Shown here: positions 38,460 through 51,665 of the stretch, piece after piece
How the letters are laid out: every line of letters begins with the position of its first letter
How positions within the stretch are numbered: position 1 is the stretch's first letter
Origin: Eledone cirrhosa
Taxonomy: Eukaryota
NCBI GenBank assembly: GCA_964016885.1
Contig: CAXHJY010000934.1
Location: forward strand, 1-60,590
Direction of reading: 5' to 3'
DNA: 60,590 bases
Program-made: the position numbers and the translations under genes
Notes under the pieces: model-generated
Database searches by the model: none
What the model saw: the letters and a program-made list of their open reading frames with translations, nothing else
What the model was told of the DNA's origin: nothing

Positions 38460-38513
38460 TAAAAAAATAATGAATAAAACAATGAAACAGTTCCTTATAT
38501 TAAACAAAAAAAG

Positions 38514-38668
38514 TTCATTATTTAACGATCGTTTCTAGGATATATATGTGTTAGAATTGGCATGCATATTCAACAGATCTATGTACAAAATTATACAAAA
38601 TTATACAAACTATCAAGATTAAATATACATACCAAACACACATATATGCCGTCTTCAGAAATAATGAA
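38514..38668 (-). ncRNA. Type I hammerhead ribozyme motif with long stem II (left arm)
   Basis: Reverse complement of 48642-48796. Confidence 0.7.
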
Positions 38669-39269
38669 ATATATTTATTGATAATAACAACAATTCAAAA
38701 TTTCAGGTCCGTTTGGGAACGGAGTTCAAATTGACCAATGAAAATACAAAAAATGTTATGCAGTTTGGTGTGTGTATATACATGTAATTAACTTCGTACA
38801 CATATTTATACAAAGATATATGCTCACATGCATACGCATGCCAAAAAGATGTATGCAAATACAAAAATTCAAGGCTAATGTCTCTGTAAGTTTATAATCC
38901 ACAGATAAAATGAGTATAGACACATAAATATGAAATAAATGTATACACATATTCACATACTCACACATATCCGTACACTCACACACACACGCGCGTGTAT
39001 GCATAAACATACACATAATTACGAACATACATACACACACACACCCCCACACACATATATATGTGGATATAGTATTATCATAAGCACATGGATATTAATG
39101 CTCGCACATAAACACTGCCACACACATTTAGATCAAGATACAGAAATTAGGTGGGAGGGAGGGAGAGGTCAGTATTCAACGGTTTCGGCAGACTGCTTAT
39201 TTATAGATGTATCTATAAACTTAGAAATAAAAAGAAAAGAAAAGAAAAAGAAAAAAGAAATATATCAAG

Positions 39270-39313
<44 letters not shown>

Positions 39314-39539
39314 TACACATACAACACACACACACACACATATATAAACATATACATATATATATACACACATATACACACATACATATATATATATACA
39401 CACATATATACACATATATACACACACACATATATACACACACATATATACACATACACGCACATATACATACACATACATACTTATATACATACAGACA
39501 TACACATACATACATATATATACACACATATACATACAG

Positions 39540-39570
<31 letters not shown>

Positions 39571-39780
39571 TACATACACACACATACATACTCATACATA
39601 GACATAGATATATATTCACACACACATACGCACTTACATATACGCATATATACAAATACATACGCATCCATATATCCGTATATACATACAAACACCACTA
39701 CACTCTCACACAACTCAGACATACAAAGAAAAAGGTATATACATATACACATATACACATATAAATAGAGATACATATAC

Positions 39781-39847
<67 letters not shown>

Positions 39848-40817
39848 CATATATGTACACACACATACACATACATACATACACATATACACACATACAT
39901 ATATAGTCACACACACACACACACCTACACATACATACACATACACATATATAAAGATATATATACACACACATACACACACACACATATATAATAAATA
40001 TATATATATATATATATACATATATATATACATATACATACACATATACATACATACATACACATACATACATACATATACACACATATATATACACACA
40101 TACACACATACATACATACACACACACATACATACACACACATACATACTCATACATAGACATAGATATATATTCACACACACATACGCACTTACATATA
40201 CGCATATATACAAATACATACGCATCCATATATGCGTATATACATACAAACACCACTACACTCTCACACAACTCAGACATACAAAGAAAAAGGTATATAC
40301 ATATACATATATACACACATAAATAGAGATACATATACACATATATATATATATACATACATATATATATATACCCACACACACATACAACCATAAACAC
40401 ACATACAAACACATACATACACACATATATACATATATATACACACACACAAAAACACACATACACATATATATTTACATATATATATATACATATACAC
40501 ACCTTCACATATATATATATACACATAAGTTATATTATAATAATAAATAATATATATATATACACATACAAATATATATATACATAGACATACATATATA
40601 TATACACACACTCACATATATATGTGCGCACACGTACACATATACACATACACACATATACACATAAACATATACATGTGCATACATGTACATACACACA
40701 TATACCCACATAGATACGAAGATACACATATATATAGAGAGACATACATATACATACACATATATACACACACATACATACACACATATATATACACACA
40801 CATACACGCCCACACAC

Positions 40818-40908
<91 letters not shown>

Positions 40909-42109
40909 ATCATACATCCTTATTTGCATGCGCATATATGTATTTTTATACTCAGATATAAACACCCAAACATATATACACCTACCTACATATATATTCA
41001 TACATACACGCTTACAAATACAGATAATAATAGTATGGGGGAAAGGGGGGGTGGAGAAGGGGATTATAGTAAATATATGTTTCAAGAAACATAGAATATT
41101 AATCTGTATTTGGATCTCAATATATGTTTTTACATAGTTTCAGTGTTAGGAAATGCAAGAAATAAGGCAAAATTATGCATGTCAATATAAGTATACCATT
41201 AATTATAGGTTAACTAAACTAAAGATAGTTAACATATTGATTTCTAAGGTGTAAATTAGTTAGGTTTATAATATTTGAAGCAGAATTTTGAAGTTAAATA
41301 GTAGTAGAGTATTAATTATAGTATAACTAAATTAAAATTATTAACGTTATGGTATCAATATTAGGAAATGAATTTAGTAATAGGGAAAAAACAAATAAAG
41401 TATTACATCGGTAGTAGAATATAAATTATAGGTTAACTAAATTAAAAATTATATATTAATTTCTATAGTATATGTTAATTAGGTATATAATAAATAAAAC
41501 AGATATTGTATTTTATCAATAGCAGAATATAATTATATGCAAACAGAAATCAAAATTAATACATATACATATACATATATATACATATATATATATACAC
41601 ATATATATACATACATACACATACATATACATACATACATATACATATTTTTTCAAAAATTGCAAAGAATATATTAACTAGGTATACATCCAAAACACAT
41701 CCCATTCTATGATTACATGACACTCTGCAATCCGTCTGTATTAGGATACTAATTTTAAGCCAATTAAATTAAATTTTTAGGTTGACTAAATTTAAAACCA
41801 AATTATAAATATATTTCTAAAATGTATATTAATTAGGTCTATAATACTAAAAATTATTTCTCTGTCATTGAATGCACGATATTTTGTTATATTTTATCTG
41901 TAAAGGAATTTTAATAAAGGGTTAAATAAATTAAAATTAATCTATAAATTAAATTACTAAGTATATATTAGTAATATTTAAAGGTTTTTCACAATTTATG
42001 ATTACACAATATTTTATATTCTCATCTGTAGTAGAATTTTAATTAAATTAAATTTATAGGTTAACTAACATTTAAATTAAATTATATATTAATTTCTAAA
42101 ATAATGTTA

Positions 42110-43937
42110 TTAATTAGGTTTATAATATTTAAATGTTTTTTTTAGTTTATGATTACACGATATAATTAATTCCTGTCGTTTATTTAATAGGATATCCTTA
42201 GATTTCATTATTTCAAATAGTTCTTGGGAACATAATCTACATTCATTTCTATTATTTTGATAAGGGGTGGCTCTTTTGAGCACACTCCAGGTCAAATCAT
42301 ATTCTATATTCTTATTTTTATAACTATTGATTTTTTCTGCTAGAGATGTTGTATTAGCCAGTGCGGCATTTTTAAAACTATGCTTGTGGGTATTAAACCT
42401 TGTCTTAAAATTGTTAGAAGTAGCTCCTATATATGAGCAAATAGAATCTTTAGTTTTAACATTACATTTATAGACTATGTTGTTAACAAGACAATTCCCT
42501 TTTAATGGGCAGTTTGCTTTGTTTCTACAGTTACAACCTTTCGTTAATTCTGTATTTGAGGAGATATTATGGTTAGTTTGATGTATTGGTGGTATACTTA
42601 TGGTTTTCTTACATTTATATGCATTATAGGCACTTATATTTTGTTTTATGTTATTTGTTGTTGAGTATGAGAATTTAACTGTAGACCTATTTAAGATTTG
42701 ATGGTATTTGTGGTTTGGCGGGAAGTTTTTCTCTAGGATATAAAAAAATTTTTTAGCAATATTATCCTTAATTTGTAAATTAAATGGAGCATTATACCAA
42801 GTAACCCGTCTATTACGGTTTCTATGTTGTTTATTATTTTTATTATTTTTATAGGTTGTATCGTGATGTTTACTAGGAGGATTAATGTTAATGATCTCAC
42901 CACAACCATTTTTAGTTATATTTGTAGATTTAGGTGTTTTATCTTTTTTATTAGGAGTTTTATTATTAATATTTATTAGAGTTGTATGATGAGTAGTTTT
43001 TTGAGAGTTACTATATTTTATATTAGAAGATTTGGTATTTTGGGGTATAGTGTGGGTGGCATTTAGGTGTGTACTTTTCATTTGGTGTTTGTTGGTAATA
43101 TTAGGTTGTATGTTTTTAGTATTTTTAGTAGAAGGTATATATTCTAATCTATTTTTGTGGCCACTTCTATCTAGAGCTTCGTTATAGAAGGTCGCATTTT
43201 TATCAAATACATCTTGGTTAGAAGAAAGGTTAGAAATTCTAAGTGATATATTATATGCAAGGTTTTTAAGGATAGATTTAGGGTGATTAGATTGTGAGTG
43301 TATGTAATGTAAGTTTTGGTTTGGTTTATGGTAAGGTTGGTAGATACCCGTAGCTAAATCTAAAGTTATATCTAGGAAATTTACTACTTTACTTGTTTTT
43401 TCAAAAGTAATATGAAGATTATAATAGTCTTTAAGGAAAGTTCTAATATGTTTTTTGTTTTTTTCTATTTCTGAAAGGCTAAGGTTGTTAGAAAGAAGAA
43501 GACAGTCATCACGATATAAACCACCTTTAAGGTGGGGAAAGGAGGCATTTATGTTGAAAAGGAGAAAGAGGCCCACAAGATCAGTAATTTGGGCGGAATC
43601 GCTTGAACCCATAGTAATATCAAATAGATTACTATATGTGTTTCTGGTCCAGTATTCATTCTGAAATTCAATAAGTGTTAGTCTAGCATGTGTAATAATA
43701 TTAATGTCATCCAAAGTCAAGTTAGATCTATTTTTAGCAAATATCAATGCTTTGTTCAGGAGTATAGGTGATATAGAAGAATAGTAATTATCTATATCAA
43801 ATTGTAGAAATGAAGCAGAAGATTTACATCTAATATTTTTAAACCAGTTAATTACCTGGGAGGTGTTTTCCCAGAGTGGTAAAATAACGTGTTTTCTTAT
43901 TTGTGGGATGACTCTATCCAAAATTTTTTTGCTAATT
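42110..43937 (-). CDS. 5'-truncated Penelope-like RT and GIY-YIG endonuclease
   Basis: FLQFDIDNYYSSI, ITMGSSDS, LYRDDCL, VNFLDITLDL (RT); TWYNAPF, CNCRNKANCPLKGNC linker; IVYKC...YIG...R..H, CRLC..E..LN...CNH (GIY-YIG); frame open but lacks its N-terminus. Confidence 0.92.
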
Positions 43938-45203
43938 AGTAAAGTAGTAAATTTCCTAGATATAACTTTAGATTTAGCTACGGGTATCTACCAACCTTAC
44001 CATAAACCAAACCAAAACTTACATTACATACACTCACAATCTAATCACCCTAAATCTATCCTTAAAAACCTTGCATATAATATATCACTTAGAATTTCTA
44101 ACCTTTCTTCTAACCAAGATGTATTTGATAAAAATGCGACCTTCTATAACGAAGCTCTAGATAGAAGTGGCCACAAAAATAGATTAGAATATATACCTTC
44201 TACTAAAAATACTAAAAACATACAACCTAATATTACCAACAAACACCAAATGAAAAGTACACACCTAAATGCCACCCACACTATACCCCAAAATACCAAA
44301 TCTTCTAATATAAAATATAGTAACTCTCAAAAAACTACTCATCATACAACTCTAATAAATATTAATAATAAAACTCCTAATAAAAAAGATAAAACACCTA
44401 AATCTACAAATATAACTAAAAATGGTTGTGGTGAGATCATTAACATTAATCCTCCTAGTAAACATCACGATACAACCTATAAAAATAATAAAAATAATAA
44501 ACAACATAGAAACCGTAATAGACGGGTTACTTGGTATAATGCTCCATTTAATTTACAAATTAAGGATAATATTGCTAAAAAATTTTTTTATATCCTAGAG
44601 AAAAACTTCCCGCCAAACCACAAATACCATCAAATCTTAAATAGGTCTACAGTTAAATTCTCATACTCAACAACAAATAACATAAAACAAAATATAAGTG
44701 CCTATAATGCATATAAATGTAAGAAAACCATAAGTATACCACCAATACATCAAACTAACCATAATATCTCCTCAAATACAGAATTAACGAAAGGTTGTAA
44801 CTGTAGAAACAAAGCAAACTGCCCATTAAAAGGGAATTGTCTTGTTAACAACATAGTCTATAAATGTAATGTTAAAACTAAAGATTCTATTTGCTCATAT
44901 ATAGGAGCTACTTCTAACAATTTTAAGACAAGGTTTAATACCCACAAGCATAGTTTTAAAAATGCCGCACTAGCAGAAAAAATCAATAGTTATAAAAATA
45001 AGAATATAGAATATGATTTGACCTGGAGTGTGCTCAAAAGAGCCACCCCTTATCAAAATAATAGAAATGAATGTAGATTATGTTCCCAAGAACTATTTGA
45101 AATAATGAAATCTAAGGATATCCTATTAAATAAACGACAGGAATTAATTATATCGTGTAATCATAAACTAAAAAAAACATTTAAATATTATAAACCTAAT
45201 TAA
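43938..45203 (+). CDS. Inverted, more truncated copy of the Penelope ORF (RT thumb and GIY-YIG)
   Basis: Translation identical to the minus copy from SKVVNFLDI onward except a 6-aa in-frame deletion (ANTTSL). Confidence 0.88.
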   Translation, partial: SKVVNFLDITLDLATGIYQPYHKPNQNLHYIHSQSNHPKSILKNLAYNISLRISNLSSNQDVFDKNATFYNEALDRSGHKNRLEYIPSTKNTKNIQPNITNKHQMKSTHLNATHTIPQNTKSSNIKYSNSQKTTHHTTLININNKTPNKKDKTPKSTNITKNGCGEIININPPSKHHDTTYKNNKNNKQHRNRNRRVTWYNAPFNLQIKDNIAKKFFYILEKNFPPNHKYHQILNRSTVKFSYSTTNNIKQNISAYNAYKCKKTISIPPIHQTNHNISSNTELTKGCNCRNKANCPLKGNCLVNNIVYKCNVKTKDSICSYIGATSNNFKTRFNTHKHSFKNAALAEKINSYKNKNIEYDLTWSVLKRATPYQNNRNECRLCSQELFEIMKSKDILLNKRQELIISCNHKLKKTFKYYKPN

Positions 45204-46404
45204 TAACATTATTTTAGAAATTAATATATAATTTAATTTAAATGTTAGTTAACCTATAAATTTAATTTAATTAAAATTCTACTACAGATGAGAATATAAA
45301 ATATTGTGTAATCATAAATTGTGAAAAACCTTTAAATATTACTAATATATACTTAGTAATTTAATTTATAGATTAATTTTAATTTATTTAACCCTTTATT
45401 AAAATTCCTTTACAGATAAAATATAACAAAATATCGTGTATTCAATGACAGAGAAATAATTTTTAGTATTATAGACCTAATTAATATACATTTTAGAAAT
45501 ATATTTATAATTTGGTTTTAAATTTAGTCAACCTAAAAATTTAATTTAATTGGCTTAAAATTAGTATCCTAATACAGACGGATTGCAGAGTGTCATGTAA
45601 TCATAGAATGGGATGTGTTTTGGATGTATACCTAGTTAATATATTCTTTGCAATTTTTGAAAAAATATGTATATGTATGTATGTATATGTATGTGTATGT
45701 ATGTATATATATGTGTATATATATATATGTATATATATGTATATGTATATGTATTAATTTTGATTTCTGTTTGCATATAATTATATTCTGCTATTGATAA
45801 AATACAATATCTGTTTTATTTATTATATACCTAATTAACATATACTATAGAAATTAATATATAATTTTTAATTTAGTTAACCTATAATTTATATTCTACT
45901 ACCGATGTAATACTTTATTTGTTTTTTCCCTATTACTAAATTCATTTCCTAATATTGATACCATAACGTTAATAATTTTAATTTAGTTATACTATAATTA
46001 ATACTCTACTACTATTTAACTTCAAAATTCTGCTTCAAATATTATAAACCTAACTAATTTACACCTTAGAAATCAATATGTTAACTATCTTTAGTTTAGT
46101 TAACCTATAATTAATGGTATACTTATATTGACATGCATAATTTTGCCTTATTTCTTGCATTTCCTAACACTGAAACTATGTAAAAACATATATTGAGATC
46201 CAAATACAGATTAATATTCTATGTTTCTTGAAACATATATTTACTATAATCCCCTTCTCCACCCCCCCTTTCCCCCATACTATTATTATCTGTATTTGTA
46301 AGCGTGTATGTATGAATATATATGTAGGTAGGTGTATATATGTTTGGGTGTTTATATCTGAGTATAAAAATACATATATGCGCATGCAAATAAGGATGTA
46401 TGAT

Positions 46405-46501
<97 letters not shown>

Positions 46502-47471
46502 GTGTGTGGGCGTGTATGTGTGTGTATATATATGTGTGTATGTATGTGTGTGTATATATGTGTATGTATATGTATGTCTCTCTATATATATGTGTATCTT
46601 CGTATCTATGTGGGTATATGTGTGTATGTACATGTATGCACATGTATATGTTTATGTGTATATGTGTGTATGTGTATATGTGTACGTGTGCGCACATATA
46701 TATGTGAGTGTGTGTATATATATATGTATGTCTATGTATATATATATTTGTATGTGTATATATATATATTATTTATTATTATAATATAACTTATGTGTAT
46801 ATATATATATGTGAAGGTGTGTATATGTATATATATATATGTAAATATATATGTGTATGTGTGTTTTTGTGTGTGTGTATATATATGTATATATGTGTGT
46901 ATGTATGTGTTTGTATGTGTGTTTATGGTTGTATGTGTGTGTGGGTATATATATATATGTATGTATATATATATATATGTGTATATGTATCTCTATTTAT
47001 GTGTGTATATATGTATATGTATATACCTTTTTCTTTGTATGTCTGAGTTGTGTGAGAGTGTAGTGGTGTTTGTATGTATATACGCATATATGGATGCGTA
47101 TGTATTTGTATATATGCGTATATGTAAGTGCGTATGTGTGTGTGAATATATATCTATGTCTATGTATGAGTATGTATGTGTGTGTATGTATGTGTGTGTG
47201 TATGTATGTATGTGTGTATGTGTGTATATATATGTGTGTATATGTATGTATGTATGTGTATGTATGTATGTATATGTGTATGTATATGTATATATATATG
47301 TATATATATATATATATATATTTATTATATATGTGTGTGTGTGTATGTGTGTGTATATATATCTTTATATATGTGTATGTGTATGTATGTGTAGGTGTGT
47401 GTGTGTGTGTGACTATATATGTATGTGTGTATATGTGTATGTATGTATGTGTATGTGTGTGTACATATATG

Positions 47472-47536
<65 letters not shown>

Positions 47537-47746
47537 GTATATGTATCTCTATTTATATGTGTATATGTGTATATGTATATACCTTTTTCTTTGTATGTCT
47601 GAGTTGTGTGAGAGTGTAGTGGTGTTTGTATGTATATACGGATATATGGATGCGTATGTATTTGTATATATGCGTATATGTAAGTGCGTATGTGTGTGTG
47701 AATATATATCTATGTCTATGTATGAGTATGTATGTGTGTGTATGTA

Positions 47747-47777
<31 letters not shown>

Positions 47778-48641
47778 CTGTATGTATATGTGTGTATATA
47801 TATGTATGTATGTGTATGTCTGTATGTATATAAGTATGTATGTGTATGTATATGTGCGTGTATGTGTATATATGTGTGTGTATATATGTGTGTGTGTATA
47901 TATGTGTATATATGTGTGTATATATATATATGTATGTGTGTATATGTGTGTATATATATATGTATATGTTTATATATGTGTGTGTGTGTGTGTTGCATGT
48001 GTAGATGTATATATATATATATATATATATTTTCTTGATATATTTCTTTTTTCTTTTTTCTTTTTCTTTTCTTTTCTTTTTATTTCTAAGTTTATAGATA
48101 CATCTATAAATAAGCAGTCTGCCGAAACCGTTGAATACTGACCTCTCCCCCCCTCCCACCTAATTTCTGTATCTTGATCTAAATGTGTGTGGCAGTGTTT
48201 ATGTGCGTGCATTAATATCCATGTGCTTATGATAATACTATATCCACATATATATGTGTGTGGGGGTGTGTGTGTGTATGTATGTTCGTAATTATGTGTA
48301 TGTTTATGCATACACGCGCGTGTGTGTGTGAGTGTACGGATATGTGTGAGTATGTGAATATGTGTATACATTTATTTCATATTTATGTGTCTATACGCAT
48401 TTTATCTGTGGATTATAAACTTACAGAGACATTAGCCTTGAATTTTTGTATTTGCATACATCTTTTTGGCATGCGTATGCATGTGAGCATATATCTTTGT
48501 ATAAATATGTGTACGAAGTTAATTACATGTATATACACACACCAAACTGCATAACATTTTTTGTATTTTCATTGGTCAATTTGAACTCCGTTCCCAAACG
48601 GACCTGAAATTTTGAATTGTTGTTATTATCAATAAATATAT

Positions 48642-48796
48642 TTCATTATTTCTGAAGACGGCATATATGTGTGTTTGGTATGTATATTTAATCTTGATAG
48701 TTTGTATAATTTTGTATAATTTTGTACATAGATCTGTTGAATATGCATGCCAATTCTAACACATATATATCCTAGAAACGATCGTTAAATAATGAA
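48642..48796 (+). ncRNA. Type I hammerhead ribozyme motif with long stem II (right arm)
   Basis: Stem I ttcattattt/aaataatgaa (10 bp); CTGAAGA 48652-48658; stem II atatatgtgt/acacatatat with a large loop; GAAA 48775-48778; palindromic stem III acgatcgt; triplet GUU. Confidence 0.72.
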
Positions 48797-48990
48797 CTTT
48801 TTTTGTTTAATATAAGGAACTGTTTCATTGTTTTATTCATTATTTTTTTAATATTTTATCTTGACTCTGTATTCCGTTTATCTTTCACCGAAAGTGATTT
48901 TTCATTGCATCTCTTCTTTCCATGATATCCGGACTACATTGAGTTCTTCATACGGATTGGACACTACCGTAAACTCTTGGTAGATTTATC

Positions 48991-49078
<88 letters not shown>

Positions 49079-49111
49079 CATATATATATATACATGTATA
49101 TATATATATAT

Positions 49112-49508
49112 AGCGGCGATGAATTAGTTTAGCGAGGTTTTTTATATGAAATATAATAAACAAAATAAAATAAACAAACAAGCAAATAAATAAATAAATA
49201 TATAGACAGACTGAATAAAAAATGGCGTAGACATACAACACAACAGGAGGAAAAAATATAACACCACTGACGATGTTGCAGATGTGCAACGAAAGATTTA
49301 TGTAAATTATGTAAACTATATATATGTGTTTGTGTCTATATTGTATCTGTATTATTTTTGACCGTCGGTCAGTCAATGGCAACATTGAGGACCGAGTAAG
49401 TTAGATCGCAGATATAAAAGACAGCGAGAAGCGAAAACCAACCACACAGTGAGTGTGTTCTGTTATTAATTCTGGCAATATTACGCAAATATGACCCTCC
49501 CCAAGTAT

Positions 49509-49512
<4 letters not shown>
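49112..49512 (+). other. Unclassified insertion between TA tracts with a hammerhead-like core
   Basis: CTGACGA(49267)-t-gttgca-gatg-tgcaac-GAAA(49291); stems I and III not convincingly formed. Confidence 0.4.
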
Positions 49513-49559
<47 letters not shown>

Positions 49560-49566
<7 letters not shown>

Positions 49567-50110
49567 TAAAATAACAGATTAAAGTTTAAGCAAAGAATCG
49601 CTGCTTTCACCCTTAACGGGATCTTCTGAAACTAACAAAGTCAATCTGTAAACGCAGAACTGGATATTTCAAAAAACGTTGCAACCGGAGGAAGACAGGA
49701 AGACGATACTTTGGTTCGTGGAAACGTTCGCTGGCGACCACCTAAGAGAACATTAGTCTACGACCTCTTTTATACCATAAACGTGGTTCTGTCTTTGCGC
49801 GTAAATGTTTTTCACCGCTCCTATTAATGACGTATTATTCGTTTTTTCCCGTTCTTCGCCAGCGAACGTCTCCACGAACCAAAGTATCGTCTTCCTGTCT
49901 TCCTCCGGTTGCAACGTTTTTTGAAATATCCAGTTCTGCGTTTACAGATTGACTTTGTTAGTTTCAGAAGATCCCGTTAAGGGTGAAAGCAGCGATTCTT
50001 TGCTTAAACTTTAATCTGCTATTTTAATAAATATTTGCTCTACGGTTCTTATATATTTGATATATATTTATCCTCATCGAGCCCTCTTTGGATTTTAGTC
50101 TTCAAATTTA
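49560..50110 (+). mobile_element. Small PLE-derived inverted-repeat insertion with variant hammerhead (CAGAAGA core) and tail
   Basis: IR ~49560-49736 / 49856-50033; cagatt..agttt-CAGAAGA-tccc gttaa gggt-GAAA-gca..tgcT-T-aaact..aatctg (49945-50018). Confidence 0.7.
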
Positions 50111-50117
50111 TTATTAT

Positions 50118-50164
<47 letters not shown>

Positions 50165-50169
50165 TATAT

Positions 50170-50247
<78 letters not shown>

Positions 50248-50358
50248 TCGTGAGTGAATAATAATATAATATTATTATTAATATTCGGTTCGTTTGCATG
50301 CTAACGGGCTCATAACACAATGTGTGTTTTTTCGATGACTGACGTCATTCTTTTGTTC

Positions 50359-51175
50359 CAGCAGTAGCAAAGAGAAAATAGTCGACAATTTTCGACAAAC
50401 CCTATTTTCTTTAAAAAAAAAAAAAAGATGTTAAAAGGTATTTAAATGTTGCATAAAATAATTTTAAAAATTATTTAGAATATCTAAATACAGAAAGTAA
50501 TAAAGATAATAATAGGAAAATGTATTCTACCAAAATTATAAAACATGTACAGTACTTCAGTTTATACAATGTTTTTAACTTTTTTCTTTGGAGCATATAT
50601 GAAGAGTTTGTGGGCGCTTCCTACTATGGAACATCCTACATACAACTGACCATATGAGAAACAGCCTCTTCTAGGTGAAGCCGTACAACCAGCAGGGTTT
50701 GACCTTGGTACTTGTTAATGGTCATTGTGTAACTGACTCTCACTAGGAATTGCAATCGAAACGAAAAGGGTCATCTGTTGGTATTAGCGGCATTCTAGGT
50801 ATAAATATGATGCATCCCTTACCACATCCACTGACGATTTCAGCTTCGATAATGTAATTCAATCATAACCATATGTGTCCCATTGCACACGCTTGGCTGA
50901 TCTAGGTTTCTGAGAAGCCTGATGACTGTGCCCTTATCCAATTCAAGGTTGTGTGGCGGCCTACTGGGCGGTTCCATACCTTTGAGAAATCCAACGGGAT
51001 AATGAACAATATCGTCCTCGTCGACAACTTCCGGGATCATTTGTGAGAGATTTCTGTTGATGGCATTGATGGTGATATTTGGGGTGGAGGGAGGATTGCA
51101 CTTTTATACAGCCATTCTTCGTTGGAATGGTGGATTTCGAAATTGGCGAACACTTGATTAATTAAGCTATCAACG
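50359..51175 (-). mobile_element. Decayed Helitron fragment: PIF1 helicase C-terminal half and 3' region
   Basis: YPVGFLKGMEPPSRPPHNLELDKGTVIRLLRNLD..VCNGT; QFLVRVSYTMTINKYQGQT; VGSAHKLFIYAP..VKNIV. Confidence 0.82.
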
Positions 51176-51209
51176 TATATGCATACGTGTGTGTGCGTGT
51201 GCGCGAGTG

Positions 51210-51254
<45 letters not shown>

Positions 51255-51269
51255 TATATATAAAAGTAT

Positions 51270-51625
51270 ATATGAAGTATTTCCGTCGGAAAGGTACAGG
51301 AAAAAAGAGTGCTCTATGTAGGCTACAGAGCTTATTAGTTATATAATAAACAACATAAGATAATTATTTCATTTACCAGTGGTTTCTTGACGGCAGATAT
51401 TTATATCTGTCTTCAGTCGTAAGAATGAATAAATAACATGGTGTTTTTATTAAATATGGATTTATTAAATCCATTTATTAAATCCATTTATTAAATCCAT
51501 TTATTAAATCCATTTATTAAATCATATTATTCTGACGACTGAAGACAGATATAAATATCTGCCTTCAAGAAACCACTGGTAAATGAAATAATTATCTTAT
51601 GTTGCTTATTATATAACTAAAGATA
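51270..51625 (-). mobile_element. Small PLE-derived inverted-repeat insertion with hammerhead, tail and a 13-bp tandem in the spacer
   Basis: IR ~51335-51425 / 51529-51620; about five copies of atttattaaatcc at 51459-51523; tail motif at 51307-51314. Confidence 0.72.
51524..51590 (+). ncRNA. Type I hammerhead ribozyme motif
   Basis: tatt-CTGACGA(51532)-c-tgaagacagatat aa atatctgccttca-a-GAAA(51569)-cc act gg-TA-aatga; the other arm has CTTACGA but a better stem I (ttcatt/aatgaa). Confidence 0.68.
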
Positions 51626-51665
51626 ATATATATATATATATATATATAAATGAAAATAGAGAAAT

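Larger units (their letters stand above)
38451..48993. mobile_element. Penelope-like (Neptune-type) retroelement forming a 10.4-kb inverted repeat (arms 38451-43393 / 43938-48859, spacer 43394-43937, tail 48860-48993)
   Basis: Mirror-image ORFs and non-coding sequence; hammerhead near each outer end; TA tracts on both flanks. Confidence 0.92.

Noticed and set aside
38451-48859. Fold-back sequencing or assembly artefact as the cause of the giant palindrome
   Set aside because: Arms differ by an in-frame deletion and substitutions, end at element boundaries and have a one-sided tail like the small elements; disfavoured, but reads are needed to exclude it
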